A stretch of 64,000 nt of DNA from Candidatus Uhrbacteria bacterium (GTDB taxonomy: Bacteria; Patescibacteriota; Patescibacteriia; UBA9934): the NCBI GenBank assembly GCA_943359325.1, contig CALRHD010000002.1, positions 4,629 through 68,628 on the forward strand, given 5' to 3'. Both the position numbers and the translations under genes were made by a program. Shown piece after piece: positions 8,497 to 17,444 of the stretch (the first letter of the stretch is position 1; each line of letters begins with the position of its first letter). The notes under the pieces were generated by a model. It searched no databases. It saw nothing but the letters and a program-made list of their open reading frames with translations, and was not told the DNA's origin.

Positions 8497-10989
8497 TTTT
8501 ACACGTTTTTTGTGCATGCGCGTTACGCGGAATATTCCATTGCTTTCCGTGACGACAACCTCGCGCGGTAGTTTTGATGTGGTAAGCATGAGGTCGGCAA
8601 TGGGGTGTTCGATGTGTTCTTCAATGATGCGACGAACGTCACGAGCACCGTATTTTTCGGTGACGGTGTGCGCAACGGCGTTGGCGATGTGTTTCGTGGC
8701 GCACAATGTGACGCCAAGTGTGGCAAGGCGTTTCGCAGTATCGGCAAGCGCGATGCGTGCGATGAGGGTGAAGTCATCGAATTCGAGTGGGCGGAATAGG
8801 CAGGTGTGGTCGATACGATTGAGAAGCTCGGGGCGGAAATGGTCTTCGAGGAGCAAACGAATATCGTCGCGGAATTGCGCACTCGATACGGTTTGGTCGC
8901 TCACAAAACCGAGGCCATGTTGGTGGAAGCGTTCGCGCCCTGCATTTGTGGTCATGACGATAACTGCATTGCGGAAAGAGACGCTGCGCCCCGTTGCGTC
9001 GGTCAATACGCCGTCGTCAAGAATTTGGAGGAGCAAGTTATGGACGTCGCCATGTGCTTTTTCGAGTTCATCGAAGAGAATAACCGAGTGAGGGCGTGCG
9101 AGAACGGCATCGGTGAGTTTTGCGCCTTCGCGAAACCCGACGTAGCCCGCAGGAGAGCCGATGAGTTTGCTCACGGAAAAACTTTCTCCGAATTCGGACA
9201 TGTCGAAACGCACGAGCGCGTTCGGGTCGTCGAAGACTTCGGCAGCAATCGCGCGTGCAAGTTCGGTTTTTCCCACGCCCGATGGCCCGACGAAGAGGAA
9301 CGACGCGAGCGGACGTTTGGGCTGCGCCAATCCGAGGCGGGCGCGTTGCAGTGCTGCGGCAACACGAGTCACGGCGTCGTGTTGACCAACAACGCGCGCC
9401 GAAAGTCGCTCGGCAAGCGTACGGAGTGCGGCGGATTCATTCGCGGAAAGTCGTGACACGGGAATGCCGGTCATGTGTGCGACGGCAGCATTGATACGTG
9501 CACGGTCGAGCACAAGCGGTGCGCTCGTTGGTGCCTGTTTCTTGAGCGCGCCGTGTTCTTTTCGGAGTGCAGTCTCTTCGGTTTTGCAGGCAAGTGCTTC
9601 GGAAAAGCGTTCTTCAAAAACGGCCGCAGCTTTTCGCATGCGCAGTGTGTCGAGACATGCGGCAATGTCACGAAGTTGTGCGGCATGTTGCGCATGGCGT
9701 TTACCGTACACTGCTGCCGATCCTGCTTCATCTAAAATGTCGATTGCCTTGTCGGGAAAATGTTTTCCGTGCATGTAGCGTTCAGAAAGTGTGAGCGCAG
9801 CCTCGATCGCGTCTTTCGTAAAACGTACGCCGTGGTACTTTTCGTATGCGGGCTGAATGCCAAAAAGTATCGTGCGCGTTTCGGCGAGTGTTGGTTCGTT
9901 GACGGTAATTTTTTGGAATCGTCGTTCGAGCGCAGCGTCGGGTTCTATTTCTTTTTTATATTCGGCAGGCGTTGTTGCGCCAATGCAGCGCAATTCACCA
10001 CGCGCAAGTGCAGGCTTCAAAATGTTTGCCGCGTCGAGCGATCCCGATGCCGCGCCTGCACCAACCACGGTATGCATTTCGTCGATAAACAAAACGATGT
10101 CGGGATGATCGTAGATTTCGTCCAAGATATGCTGGAGTCGCTGCTCAAAGTCGCCACGATACATCGTTCCCGCGACAAGTGTCGCCATATCGAGGCGGAA
10201 AATGCGTTTGTTTTTGAGCGCGTCAGGAACCTTACCGTCGACGATTGCTTTTGCAAGCCCTTCCACGATCGCGGTTTTACCAACGCCTGTTTCGCCTACA
10301 AGCACAGGATTATTTTTTGTTCGACGTAACAAAACGTGCGCAAGCCGTGCGACTTCGTGTTCGCGACCAATGAGCGGGTCGATGCGTGCGGCTACTTCGC
10401 GTGTCGTTAGTTCGGTTGTAAAAAAGTCGAGCGCAGGAGTTTTCTTCGTTTCCACGTTGCACTCTTTGCATTCGGTGTCGTCGGAGTGCGTGTGCGGTGT
10501 GGTTTCTTCGTCGACGTGAACGTTCGGGAACGACGTCGTCGTGCGAAACACCGCCTGCAAATTTTGTACGAGATTTCTTTCGCGTATGCCGCTGTCGTGG
10601 AAAAATGCACGGATATTTTTCTGTGCGAGCTGCAAAAGTCCTGCGAGCAAGTGTTCGGTGCCGACGTGGTGGTGTTCGTGCATGCTTGCCGTCAACACCG
10701 CTTTTTCTATCGCGGTTTTCGCGTCATTCGACAGGAGCGGCGTTTTGTCATTTACGGTGAGTGGAGAAAATGAAGTCTTTCCTGCAGCCACTTTTGCGAA
10801 TATACGCAATGCCTCTTCCTTCACTCCCGCCTTTGCAAGAACCTCCGCGCCAATACTGCCGCGTTCCGTGCCAAGCGACCACAATAATTCTCGCAGCCCG
10901 ATTTCTTCGCCGCCATGCTCCACGACAAGACACAACGCTCGTGTGAGCACACTTTTTAAGTGCGATGTAAATTTATCCGTCAATTCCAT
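8485..10989 (-). CDS. clpC: Clp/Hsp100 ATPase (ClpC-type ATP-binding chaperone subunit)
   Basis: Clp_N repeats are followed by two AAA+ modules. The Walker A motifs are [14 protein letters not shown] and [15 protein letters not shown], and the signature [10 protein letters not shown] is present. The start is at the Met of MELTDKF, although the track ORF starts at 11070. Confidence 0.85.
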   Translation of the reverse strand: MELTDKFTSHLKSVLTRALCLVVEHGGEEIGLRELLWSLGTERGSIGAEVLAKAGVKEEALRIFAKVAAGKTSFSPLTVNDKTPLLSNDAKTAIEKAVLTASMHEHHHVGTEHLLAGLLQLAQKNIRAFFHDSGIRERNLVQNLQAVFRTTTSFPNVHVDEETTPHTHSDDTECKECNVETKKTPALDFFTTELTTREVAARIDPLIGREHEVARLAHVLLRRTKNNPVLVGETGVGKTAIVEGLAKAIVDGKVPDALKNKRIFRLDMATLVAGTMYRGDFEQRLQHILDEIYDHPDIVLFIDEMHTVVGAGAASGSLDAANILKPALARGELRCIGATTPAEYKKEIEPDAALERRFQKITVNEPTLAETRTILFGIQPAYEKYHGVRFTKDAIEAALTLSERYMHGKHFPDKAIDILDEAGSAAVYGKRHAQHAAQLRDIAACLDTLRMRKAAAVFEERFSEALACKTEETALRKEHGALKKQAPTSAPLVLDRARINAAVAHMTGIPVSRLSANESAALRTLAERLSARVVGQHDAVTRVAAALQRARLGLAQPKRPLASFLFVGPSGVGKTELARAIAAEVFDDPNALVRFDMSEFGESFSVSKLIGSPAGYVGFREGAKLTDAVLARPHSVILFDELEKAHGDVHNLLLQILDDGVLTDATGRSVSFRNAVIVMTTNAGRERFHQHGLGFVSDQTVSSAQFRDDIRLLLEDHFRPELLNRIDHTCLFRPLEFDDFTLIARIALADTAKRLATLGVTLCATKHIANAVAHTVTEKYGARDVRRIIEEHIEHPIADLMLTTSKLPREVVVTESNGIFRVTRMHKKRVKQNA

Positions 10990-11078
10990 ATGTAAATTCT
11001 CTCTACGTCTTGTCGCCAATACAGACTGATGTACTATGTGCATGCTACGTTTTTCAGTCATGACTGTCAAAGGAAATT

Positions 11079-11840
11079 ATGTCTATTCGCGGGAAAAAAC
11101 TTGTTGCGTTTGATCTTGATGGCACACTCACGGAAAGTAAGATGCCGATGGACGCCGAGATGGCGGACCTGCTTGACCAATTGTTGCACCATGTGATGGT
11201 CGCAATTATTTCAGGAGGTGCGTACATGCAGTTTGAGCGCCAACTTGCAGTTTTGAAATCTGGACCAGAAGAATTGCGAAAACTTTTTTTCTTTCCTACG
11301 ACCGGTACACGGTTTTTTCGTTACGAAAATGACTGGAAACAGATTTATGCAGATGAGCTGACGGAAGATGAACGTACGAAAATTAAAGATGCGTTCGAAA
11401 AGGCGTTTGTCGACGTACATTATGCGCATCCGAAAAAAGTATACGGCGAGGTTGTCGAAGATAGAGGAACACAGATAACGTTTTCCGCCGTTGGTCAAGA
11501 TGCGCCAATCGAGGCAAAGAAATTATGGAAGGCGACGCAGGATCGGCGTGCAGAAATTGTGCAGGCGCTTGAAAAATATATTCCTGATTTTGAAGTCAAG
11601 ATGCCCGGGCTTTCGTCGATTGATGTCACACGAAAAGGGGTGGATAAAGCCTACGGGATTCAGAAAATTGAGGAACTCCTTGGTGTGGTCGTACCGGAGA
11701 TAGTGTTTGTTGGTGATGCGTTGTACGAGGGCGGGAATGATCATGCGGTTATTCGGACCGGTGTCGAGACTGTTGCGGTGGAGAATGCAGAAGAAACAAA
11801 AATGTTGTTGCGCGGGTGGCTCGCTGAATTTACTGCATAG
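11079..11840 (+). CDS. HAD-superfamily hydrolase (Cof/IIB-like)
   Basis: Motif I is DLDGTLT. The C-terminal GDALYEGGNDHAV matches HAD motif IV. Confidence 0.6.
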   Translation: MSIRGKKLVAFDLDGTLTESKMPMDAEMADLLDQLLHHVMVAIISGGAYMQFERQLAVLKSGPEELRKLFFFPTTGTRFFRYENDWKQIYADELTEDERTKIKDAFEKAFVDVHYAHPKKVYGEVVEDRGTQITFSAVGQDAPIEAKKLWKATQDRRAEIVQALEKYIPDFEVKMPGLSSIDVTRKGVDKAYGIQKIEELLGVVVPEIVFVGDALYEGGNDHAVIRTGVETVAVENAEETKMLLRGWLAEFTA

Positions 11841-11883
11841 TGCAATTGCCCCTGCTGCATGGGGGGTGTAGAATGGGATAACT

Positions 11884-12375
11884 ATGGCTTCTGATCTCAC
11901 AAAACAGGATCTCATTGATGCACTTCGTGGTTTGGCCACGAAAGAAGATCTGCTTCGATTTGCTACGAAGCAGGATCTTTTGGCGATACGTGAGGAAATG
12001 GCGACGAGTTTTTCATCGGTTCGTGAGGAAATGGAGACGAGTTTTTCATCGGTTCGTGAGGAAATGGAGAAAAATCACGGTGAGGTGCTGCAAATCATCA
12101 ACACGCTTTCGTCAAGTACCGATGCGGGATTTGCTCATATGCATGAAGTTATGGCGACGAAAGAGTATGTGGATAAACGTATCACCCAGTCCGAGCACGC
12201 AATAAAAGATTTTGTAGATCGTCGTGCGAGCAAAATCGAAGATGAACTCTCTGCTCCGCTAAGGGCGGTCGACGAGAAAGACACCGCACTCATCACGCAT
12301 CTCGGTAATAAAAAAGTTATTGCAAAGCCCGACGTTGCGGCTATCGTCGCGCTGTCTCCATTTGCCGCACGGTAG
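11884..12375 (+). CDS. Hypothetical coiled-coil protein with an internal tandem repeat
   Basis: A 36-nt in-frame repeat encodes SVREEMETSF twice. A TAGAAT -10-like hexamer lies about 10 nt upstream of the ATG and there is no Shine-Dalgarno sequence. Confidence 0.45.
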   Translation: MASDLTKQDLIDALRGLATKEDLLRFATKQDLLAIREEMATSFSSVREEMETSFSSVREEMEKNHGEVLQIINTLSSSTDAGFAHMHEVMATKEYVDKRITQSEHAIKDFVDRRASKIEDELSAPLRAVDEKDTALITHLGNKKVIAKPDVAAIVALSPFAAR

Positions 12376-12384
12376 TCGTCGCGT

Positions 12385-13455
12385 ATGTTTTCTGTCCTCT
12401 TATTTCTCGTCATTCTTTCTGTCCTCGTGTTGGCGCACGAAGCAGGGCATTATGTTGCGGCACGGATTGCGAAGGTGAAAGTTGAAGAATTCGGACTGGG
12501 CTTCCCGCCGCGTATTTTTTCGTGGAAAAATAAAAATGGGATGACGTGGAGTCTGAACGCCATTCCGCTCGGCGGGTTTGTAAAGCTGAAAGGTGAAAGT
12601 GGCGATGAGCGTGCGGCGCATGACAGTTTTGCGCGGCAGTCGCTTGCAAAGCGTTTTTTTGTGCTTGTGGCAGGTGTCGGCATGAATCTTGTTACCGCAG
12701 CAGTTATTTTTGGTGTGGGATTCGTGATTGGCATGCCGACTATTGTCGACGGCGGCATTGCGGGCGGCACGGTGAGCAATCAGGATATTCGTGTTATCGA
12801 AGTGTTGCCCGATTCTCCTGCGTCGCAGGCAGGCATTCTTGTGGGTGACAAACTTGTTGGCATTGACGGCGTCGCGTACACGTCGAGCACCGCAGCACGA
12901 GACGCACTTTCACTTAGTGCACCACACACGGTAACATTTGCGCGTGGCGACGTGGAAGTCGTCGCGACGCTCGATCCTACGTTCATCCCCTCGCTCAATC
13001 GCGCCGTTGTCGGCCTCGGTCTTGTCGAGACGGGCACGGTGCGGTTCCCATGGTATGCGGCACCGTTCATGGGCATACGTGCTGCGGCGTCGTCGACATG
13101 GCAAGTGCTTTCTGCTTTTGGCGTATTGCTTGCAAGCCCATTCACACACGCAAATATTGGCGCAGAAGTTTCTGGCCCGATCGGCATTGCCGTCCTTACG
13201 GGTGAAGTCGCAAAACTCGGCATTGCCCATGTACTGCAATTCGCCGCCATGCTTTCCATTAACCTCGCGATCATCAACATTCTTCCTATACCCGCTCTTG
13301 ACGGCGGCCGTGTGGCGTTCCTCGCTCTCGAAGCGATTCGCCGAAAACCCACGACGCCGCGCGTGGAACAAATGGTGCATGCCGCAGGCTTCGCGGTGTT
13401 GCTCTTGCTCATTGTTGTGGTAACGTTGAAAGATATTGTGGGGCTGTTCTCTTAG
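12385..13455 (+). CDS. rseP: RIP (site-2) zinc metalloprotease RseP
   Basis: The HEAGHY zinc motif lies in the first transmembrane helix. The protein has a PDZ domain and the C-terminal LDGG motif. Confidence 0.85.
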   Translation: MFSVLLFLVILSVLVLAHEAGHYVAARIAKVKVEEFGLGFPPRIFSWKNKNGMTWSLNAIPLGGFVKLKGESGDERAAHDSFARQSLAKRFFVLVAGVGMNLVTAAVIFGVGFVIGMPTIVDGGIAGGTVSNQDIRVIEVLPDSPASQAGILVGDKLVGIDGVAYTSSTAARDALSLSAPHTVTFARGDVEVVATLDPTFIPSLNRAVVGLGLVETGTVRFPWYAAPFMGIRAAASSTWQVLSAFGVLLASPFTHANIGAEVSGPIGIAVLTGEVAKLGIAHVLQFAAMLSINLAIINILPIPALDGGRVAFLALEAIRRKPTTPRVEQMVHAAGFAVLLLLIVVVTLKDIVGLFS

Positions 13456-13458
13456 CGT

Positions 13459-14532
13459 ATGAAAGACGAACTCGAAAAACTCGTTGTCGACCTGACTGCT
13501 GCGCTTTCTTCGGTGCACGACACTGCGGCACTCGAAGTAGTGCGCGTAGAATATGTCGGTCGAAAAGGCAGGCTCGCCGAACTCATGAAGGGGCTGGCGG
13601 CGCTTTCTGTTGACGAGAAAAAAGTTATTGGTCAAATTGCAAACAGCGTGAAGGCGCGCGTCGAAGCGGAATTTGCGCGAGTTGAAAAAATGATTGCTGA
13701 CGCCGACGTCAAAGCGCGAATGACGCGCGAATGGCTCGACGTTACGCTTCCGGGAGCGGCGCCAAGTGTCGGGCATCTTCACTTGGTGTCGCAAGCAATA
13801 GAAGACATTACGGATATTTTTCGGCGGCTTGGTTTTGTACGCGCTCGGCACCCAGAAATCGACGGCGATTATTACGCGTTTGAGGCGTTGAACATGCCGA
13901 AGGATCATCCTGCACGAGATGAATGGGAAACGTTTTTTATACGCGACTCTCACAGTGCGGAAGTGATGCAGGGGCAAAAGGGGAAAATGGTGTTGACGCC
14001 ACACACGAGCAACGGGCAAGTACGAGAAATGGAGAAGGGCGTGTTGCCGATTCGTATGATCAGTATCGGAAAGTGCTATCGACGACAGTCGACGGCGCGA
14101 CATTCGCCGATGTTTCACCAGTTCGAAGGTTTGGTCATTGATAAAAAGTCTTCGGTAACGGAATTGAAGGGCGTGTGCGAATATTTTGCAAAGAGTTATT
14201 TTGGTGCCGACCGCACAACGCGGTTGCGCCCATATCACTTTCGTTTTACGGAGCCAAGTTTTGAGTTGGATATTTCGTGCGGCATTTGTAAGGGCGTAGG
14301 AAGCGTTGGTGGTGTTAAGTGTAAATTGTGCAAAGAGGGCTGGCTTGAGTTGGGCGGTGCGGGCATGGTGCACCCGAACGTCATTAAGGCGGGAGGCCTC
14401 GATCCTGACGTGTACGCAGGATTCGCTTTTGGCTGGGGCGTTGAACGCACGATGATGATGCGTGCAGGCGTAAACATCGACGATATTCGCATTTTGTACA
14501 GAAATGACTTGCGATTCATTCGGCAGTTTTAG
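13459..14532 (+). CDS. pheS: Phenylalanine--tRNA ligase alpha subunit
   Basis: Class II aaRS motifs are present: FRRLGF, FTEPSFELD and GAGMVHPNVIKAGG...GFAFGWGVERT. A 4-Cys insertion (CGICKG..CKLCK) sits before motif 3. Confidence 0.9.
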   Translation: MKDELEKLVVDLTAALSSVHDTAALEVVRVEYVGRKGRLAELMKGLAALSVDEKKVIGQIANSVKARVEAEFARVEKMIADADVKARMTREWLDVTLPGAAPSVGHLHLVSQAIEDITDIFRRLGFVRARHPEIDGDYYAFEALNMPKDHPARDEWETFFIRDSHSAEVMQGQKGKMVLTPHTSNGQVREMEKGVLPIRMISIGKCYRRQSTARHSPMFHQFEGLVIDKKSSVTELKGVCEYFAKSYFGADRTTRLRPYHFRFTEPSFELDISCGICKGVGSVGGVKCKLCKEGWLELGGAGMVHPNVIKAGGLDPDVYAGFAFGWGVERTMMMRAGVNIDDIRILYRNDLRFIRQF

Positions 14533-14542
14533 TTATGAACAA

Positions 14543-14676
14543 TTTCTCCCACATAACATACTCCGTTCCTTGTGAAGCCCCGCAGCCGCAGTCCGTACAC
14601 AAGGCCTCGGCTTACGCCGGCCACGGACTGACGGGCGGCGCCTCACGACGTCACGAAGTATGTTATGTGGGAGAAA
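14543..14676. repeat. GC-rich structured intergenic repeat, copy 1 (about 134 bp, ERIC/MITE-like) with perfect 20-bp terminal inverted repeats TTTCTCCCACATAACATACT / AGTATGTTATGTGGGAGAAA
   Basis: Read directly. The core CCCCGCAGCCGCAGTCCGTACA(G)CAAGGCCTCGGCTTACGCCGGCCACGGACTGACGGGCGG recurs at 51934, 59989 and 61416. It lies between pheS and pheT. Confidence 0.85.
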
Positions 14677-14685
14677 TCAGTGATT

Positions 14686-17061
14686 ATGAATAATTTCGCT
14701 TCCTACAATTGGCTGAAAGAATATTGTAAAACGACATTGTCGCCAGAGGATTTTAGTAGTGAGATAAGTTTGCGTTCGATGTCGGTCGAAAAAGTTGACC
14801 ATGTGAGTGAGCGTTTTGCACACATCATCGTCGGCTTGGTGAACGAGGTGCGCCCGCATCCCAATGCTGACAAATTGCGGATTGCAACGGTGAGTATGGG
14901 GAGCGCGGCAGTGGAAATCGTGTGCGGCGGCACGAATCTTGTAGAGGGAATGAAGGTCGCACTTGCGCTTCCAGGATCGACGGTCATCGGCCACGATGGG
15001 CAACGTGTGACGCTCGCCGTGAACACGATTCGTGGCGTAGAAAGTCCGGGAATGTTGTGCGGGCCTGACGAACTTGGTTTTGGTGCCCTTAAAAAAGGCG
15101 CACATGAAATTTGGGATTTAGGTGCGGTGACCGATGCAAAGGCGGGTACGCCACTCGCCGAGGCGCTCGGCATCGACGACGTCATGTTCGATGTTGAGAT
15201 TACGACCAACCGCCCCGACGCAATGGGTATTGTGGGTTTGGCGCGCGAAGCAGGTGCGGCGTGTGGCGCACCGTTTGCATGGCAGCCACCCATTTTTCCT
15301 GTCGCTGCGAATGACATTCCGTTTACGGTCGCGATTGAAGACGCGTCGCGCTGTTTGCGTCAAATGGCGGTTGTCATCGACGGTGTCACGGTCGCACCAT
15401 CGCCATGGTGGCTGCAGGCACGACTGTTGTTGGCAGGTTTGCGACCGATTAACAACATTGTCGACATTACAAATTACGTCATGCTCGAGTACGCCCAACC
15501 GCTTCACGCATTTGATTATAAAAAATTGGATGGTGCAGAAATTCGCGTGCGGCAGGGAAGGGCGGGAGAAAAATTGGTTGCACTCAACGGGAAGGAATAT
15601 GACGTTGAGGGTGTGCTTGTGCTTGCCGATGCAGTGAAGCCGCTCGACATTGCGGGGATTATGGGAGGCGAGCATACAGGCACGACGTCAGAAACGACCA
15701 CCGTCGTACTTTCGGCGTCGGCGTTCGACCATGTGGCGCTTCGCCGAACGTCGCGTGCGCTTCATCTGCAAAGCGACGCGCAACTTTTGTTCGAAAAAGG
15801 TTTGTCGACGGAAGCGCCGCCGTTTGCGTTGGCTCGTGCCGTTGAACTTATTGCAAAAATTGCGGGCGGTCGCGTGGCGAGCCCCGTGTGCGATGAACGT
15901 GTTTCGCCGTATGTACCGATCGTGTTGACGTGCAACCCGCAAAAAATTCGTGAGCGTATTGGCATCGACATTTCCGACGTACGCATTCTAGAAATTTTGA
16001 CGCAACTTGGATTTGCCGTTGATCAATTGCATGGAGCGTGGAGTGTCATCGTTCCGTGGTGGCGCGATCATGATATTGAGGACGCGATCGATCTTTCTGA
16101 AGAAGTCGCGCGCATTTACGGTTATCACGAACTACCCGCAATACTCCCGAGTGGAGTTCCTCCTACAACACCTGAAGACGCAACACTTGTGTGGGAGCGT
16201 TGGTGTAAGCGGTTTTTTGCAGGTGCAGGGTACGACGAATTTTTCAGCAACTCGTTTGTGAGTGCTGACGACCTCGCGCGGTACGGTGAAGACGCTGCGC
16301 AGTCGTATGCATTGTTGAATCCGCTCGCAAGTGATTTGTCGCACATGCGAATGTCGCTCATGCCGTCGATATTGCGTGCGGTAGAGTCAAATCAAGGGCA
16401 TATCGCGTCGGCGAAGTTTTTCGAGTTGTCGCGTGTGTACATTCCTCACGGCAATGACATGCCCGAAGAGCGCATGCAGCTTGTGCTCGGCGAATATGGG
16501 CACGACGACGTGGAAAAAGCATTCATGCGTACGCGCGGCGTGCTCGATGTGTTTGCTGCGCGAACCGGTCTTTCGTTGACGCTGCTTCGCGACGAAACTG
16601 ATGCGCGGTGGCACCCTTCGCGCACGGCGAAAATTATGCACGGCGAGGTGTGTGTGGGGCGCATCGGAGAAATCGCTTTTGCAACGCAAATTGCATTCGG
16701 CATTAATCGGCGCGTTATGGTGCTCGCCCTCGACCTCGAGACACTTTTTTCGTCCATGCATCTCACGCATCGGTATGTTCCCGTGTCTGAATTCCCTTCT
16801 GTTGTTCGCGACCTTTCGATTATCCTCGACGAACGAGCGACGTTCGACGACATTGTGCGATGCGCGAAGAACGACATTGTTGCGAGCGCAGCACTTGTCG
16901 ATGTGTATCGCGGTGCGGGCGTTCCCGAAGGAAAAAAGAGCATGACGGTGTCATTCACCATGCAAGTAGAGAGAACGTTGACGTCAGAAGAAGCAGACAC
17001 CGCGCTCGCGGTGATTAGTGAGAAGCTTGTTTCCGAATTATCGGGTATACTCCGTTCATAA
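14686..17061 (+). CDS. pheT: Phenylalanine--tRNA ligase beta subunit
   Basis: The N-terminus is SYNWLKEY. The protein has the tRNA-binding (OB) domain, the B3/B4 domains and the C-terminal FDVY..K..S.T...T motif. The start is set at MNNFAS, downstream of the repeat. Confidence 0.9.
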   Translation: MNNFASYNWLKEYCKTTLSPEDFSSEISLRSMSVEKVDHVSERFAHIIVGLVNEVRPHPNADKLRIATVSMGSAAVEIVCGGTNLVEGMKVALALPGSTVIGHDGQRVTLAVNTIRGVESPGMLCGPDELGFGALKKGAHEIWDLGAVTDAKAGTPLAEALGIDDVMFDVEITTNRPDAMGIVGLAREAGAACGAPFAWQPPIFPVAANDIPFTVAIEDASRCLRQMAVVIDGVTVAPSPWWLQARLLLAGLRPINNIVDITNYVMLEYAQPLHAFDYKKLDGAEIRVRQGRAGEKLVALNGKEYDVEGVLVLADAVKPLDIAGIMGGEHTGTTSETTTVVLSASAFDHVALRRTSRALHLQSDAQLLFEKGLSTEAPPFALARAVELIAKIAGGRVASPVCDERVSPYVPIVLTCNPQKIRERIGIDISDVRILEILTQLGFAVDQLHGAWSVIVPWWRDHDIEDAIDLSEEVARIYGYHELPAILPSGVPPTTPEDATLVWERWCKRFFAGAGYDEFFSNSFVSADDLARYGEDAAQSYALLNPLASDLSHMRMSLMPSILRAVESNQGHIASAKFFELSRVYIPHGNDMPEERMQLVLGEYGHDDVEKAFMRTRGVLDVFAARTGLSLTLLRDETDARWHPSRTAKIMHGEVCVGRIGEIAFATQIAFGINRRVMVLALDLETLFSSMHLTHRYVPVSEFPSVVRDLSIILDERATFDDIVRCAKNDIVASAALVDVYRGAGVPEGKKSMTVSFTMQVERTLTSEEADTALAVISEKLVSELSGILRS

Positions 17062-17075
17062 TAAGTGAATCCACT

Positions 17076-17348
17076 ATGCTCGAATCCACGGACATCCTGT
17101 ACATCGTTCTCGCTTTTTGTGTGTTGTGGTTTACGGCGTTTTTGTGCTGGCTCATGTACCAAGCGGTGTCGATTGTTCGTCATGCACATGACGTTCTCGA
17201 AATGGTCGAACGAAAAATTGACTTGCTTGAACGCTCAGTGACAGGAATAAAAGCGAAGTTTGAATCTGGAACTGCGATTTTCGTAACTCTTGCCGACGGC
17301 CTCCGCCGTGTTGTCGATTTAGTTCGCAAAGATAGACGCGAAGAATAA
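17076..17348 (+). CDS. Small hypothetical membrane protein (90 aa)
   Basis: It has one N-terminal transmembrane helix and a charged C-terminus. It sits between pheT and dnaE. Confidence 0.35.
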   Translation: MLESTDILYIVLAFCVLWFTAFLCWLMYQAVSIVRHAHDVLEMVERKIDLLERSVTGIKAKFESGTAIFVTLADGLRRVVDLVRKDRREE

Positions 17349-17384
17349 AATCGCAGAATAAAAATCCGCTTTGTCAAGCAAAAA

Positions 17385-17421
17385 GTGGATAACTATGTCC
17401 ACGACTCAGTTGCGGACATAA
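17385..17421 (+). repeat. REP-like element copy 4 (GTGGATAACTATG-GTCCACGACTCAGTTGCGGAC-AT)
   Basis: Read directly. It lies immediately upstream of the dnaE start, and the track ORF translates it as a spurious MDNYVHDSVADI N-terminal extension. Confidence 0.85.
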
Positions 17422-17444
17422 CGCAAACCCGAAAATCTGTTACC

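Noticed and set aside
8366-9091. 241-aa and 216-aa plus-strand ORFs inside the clpC region
   Set aside because: They are antisense to a strongly supported Clp ATPase gene and have no independent signals.
12910-14373. 487-aa minus-strand ORF antisense to rseP and pheS
   Set aside because: Its sequence is Arg/His-rich low complexity and it lies opposite two well-supported conserved genes. This is the usual GC-driven antisense ORF.
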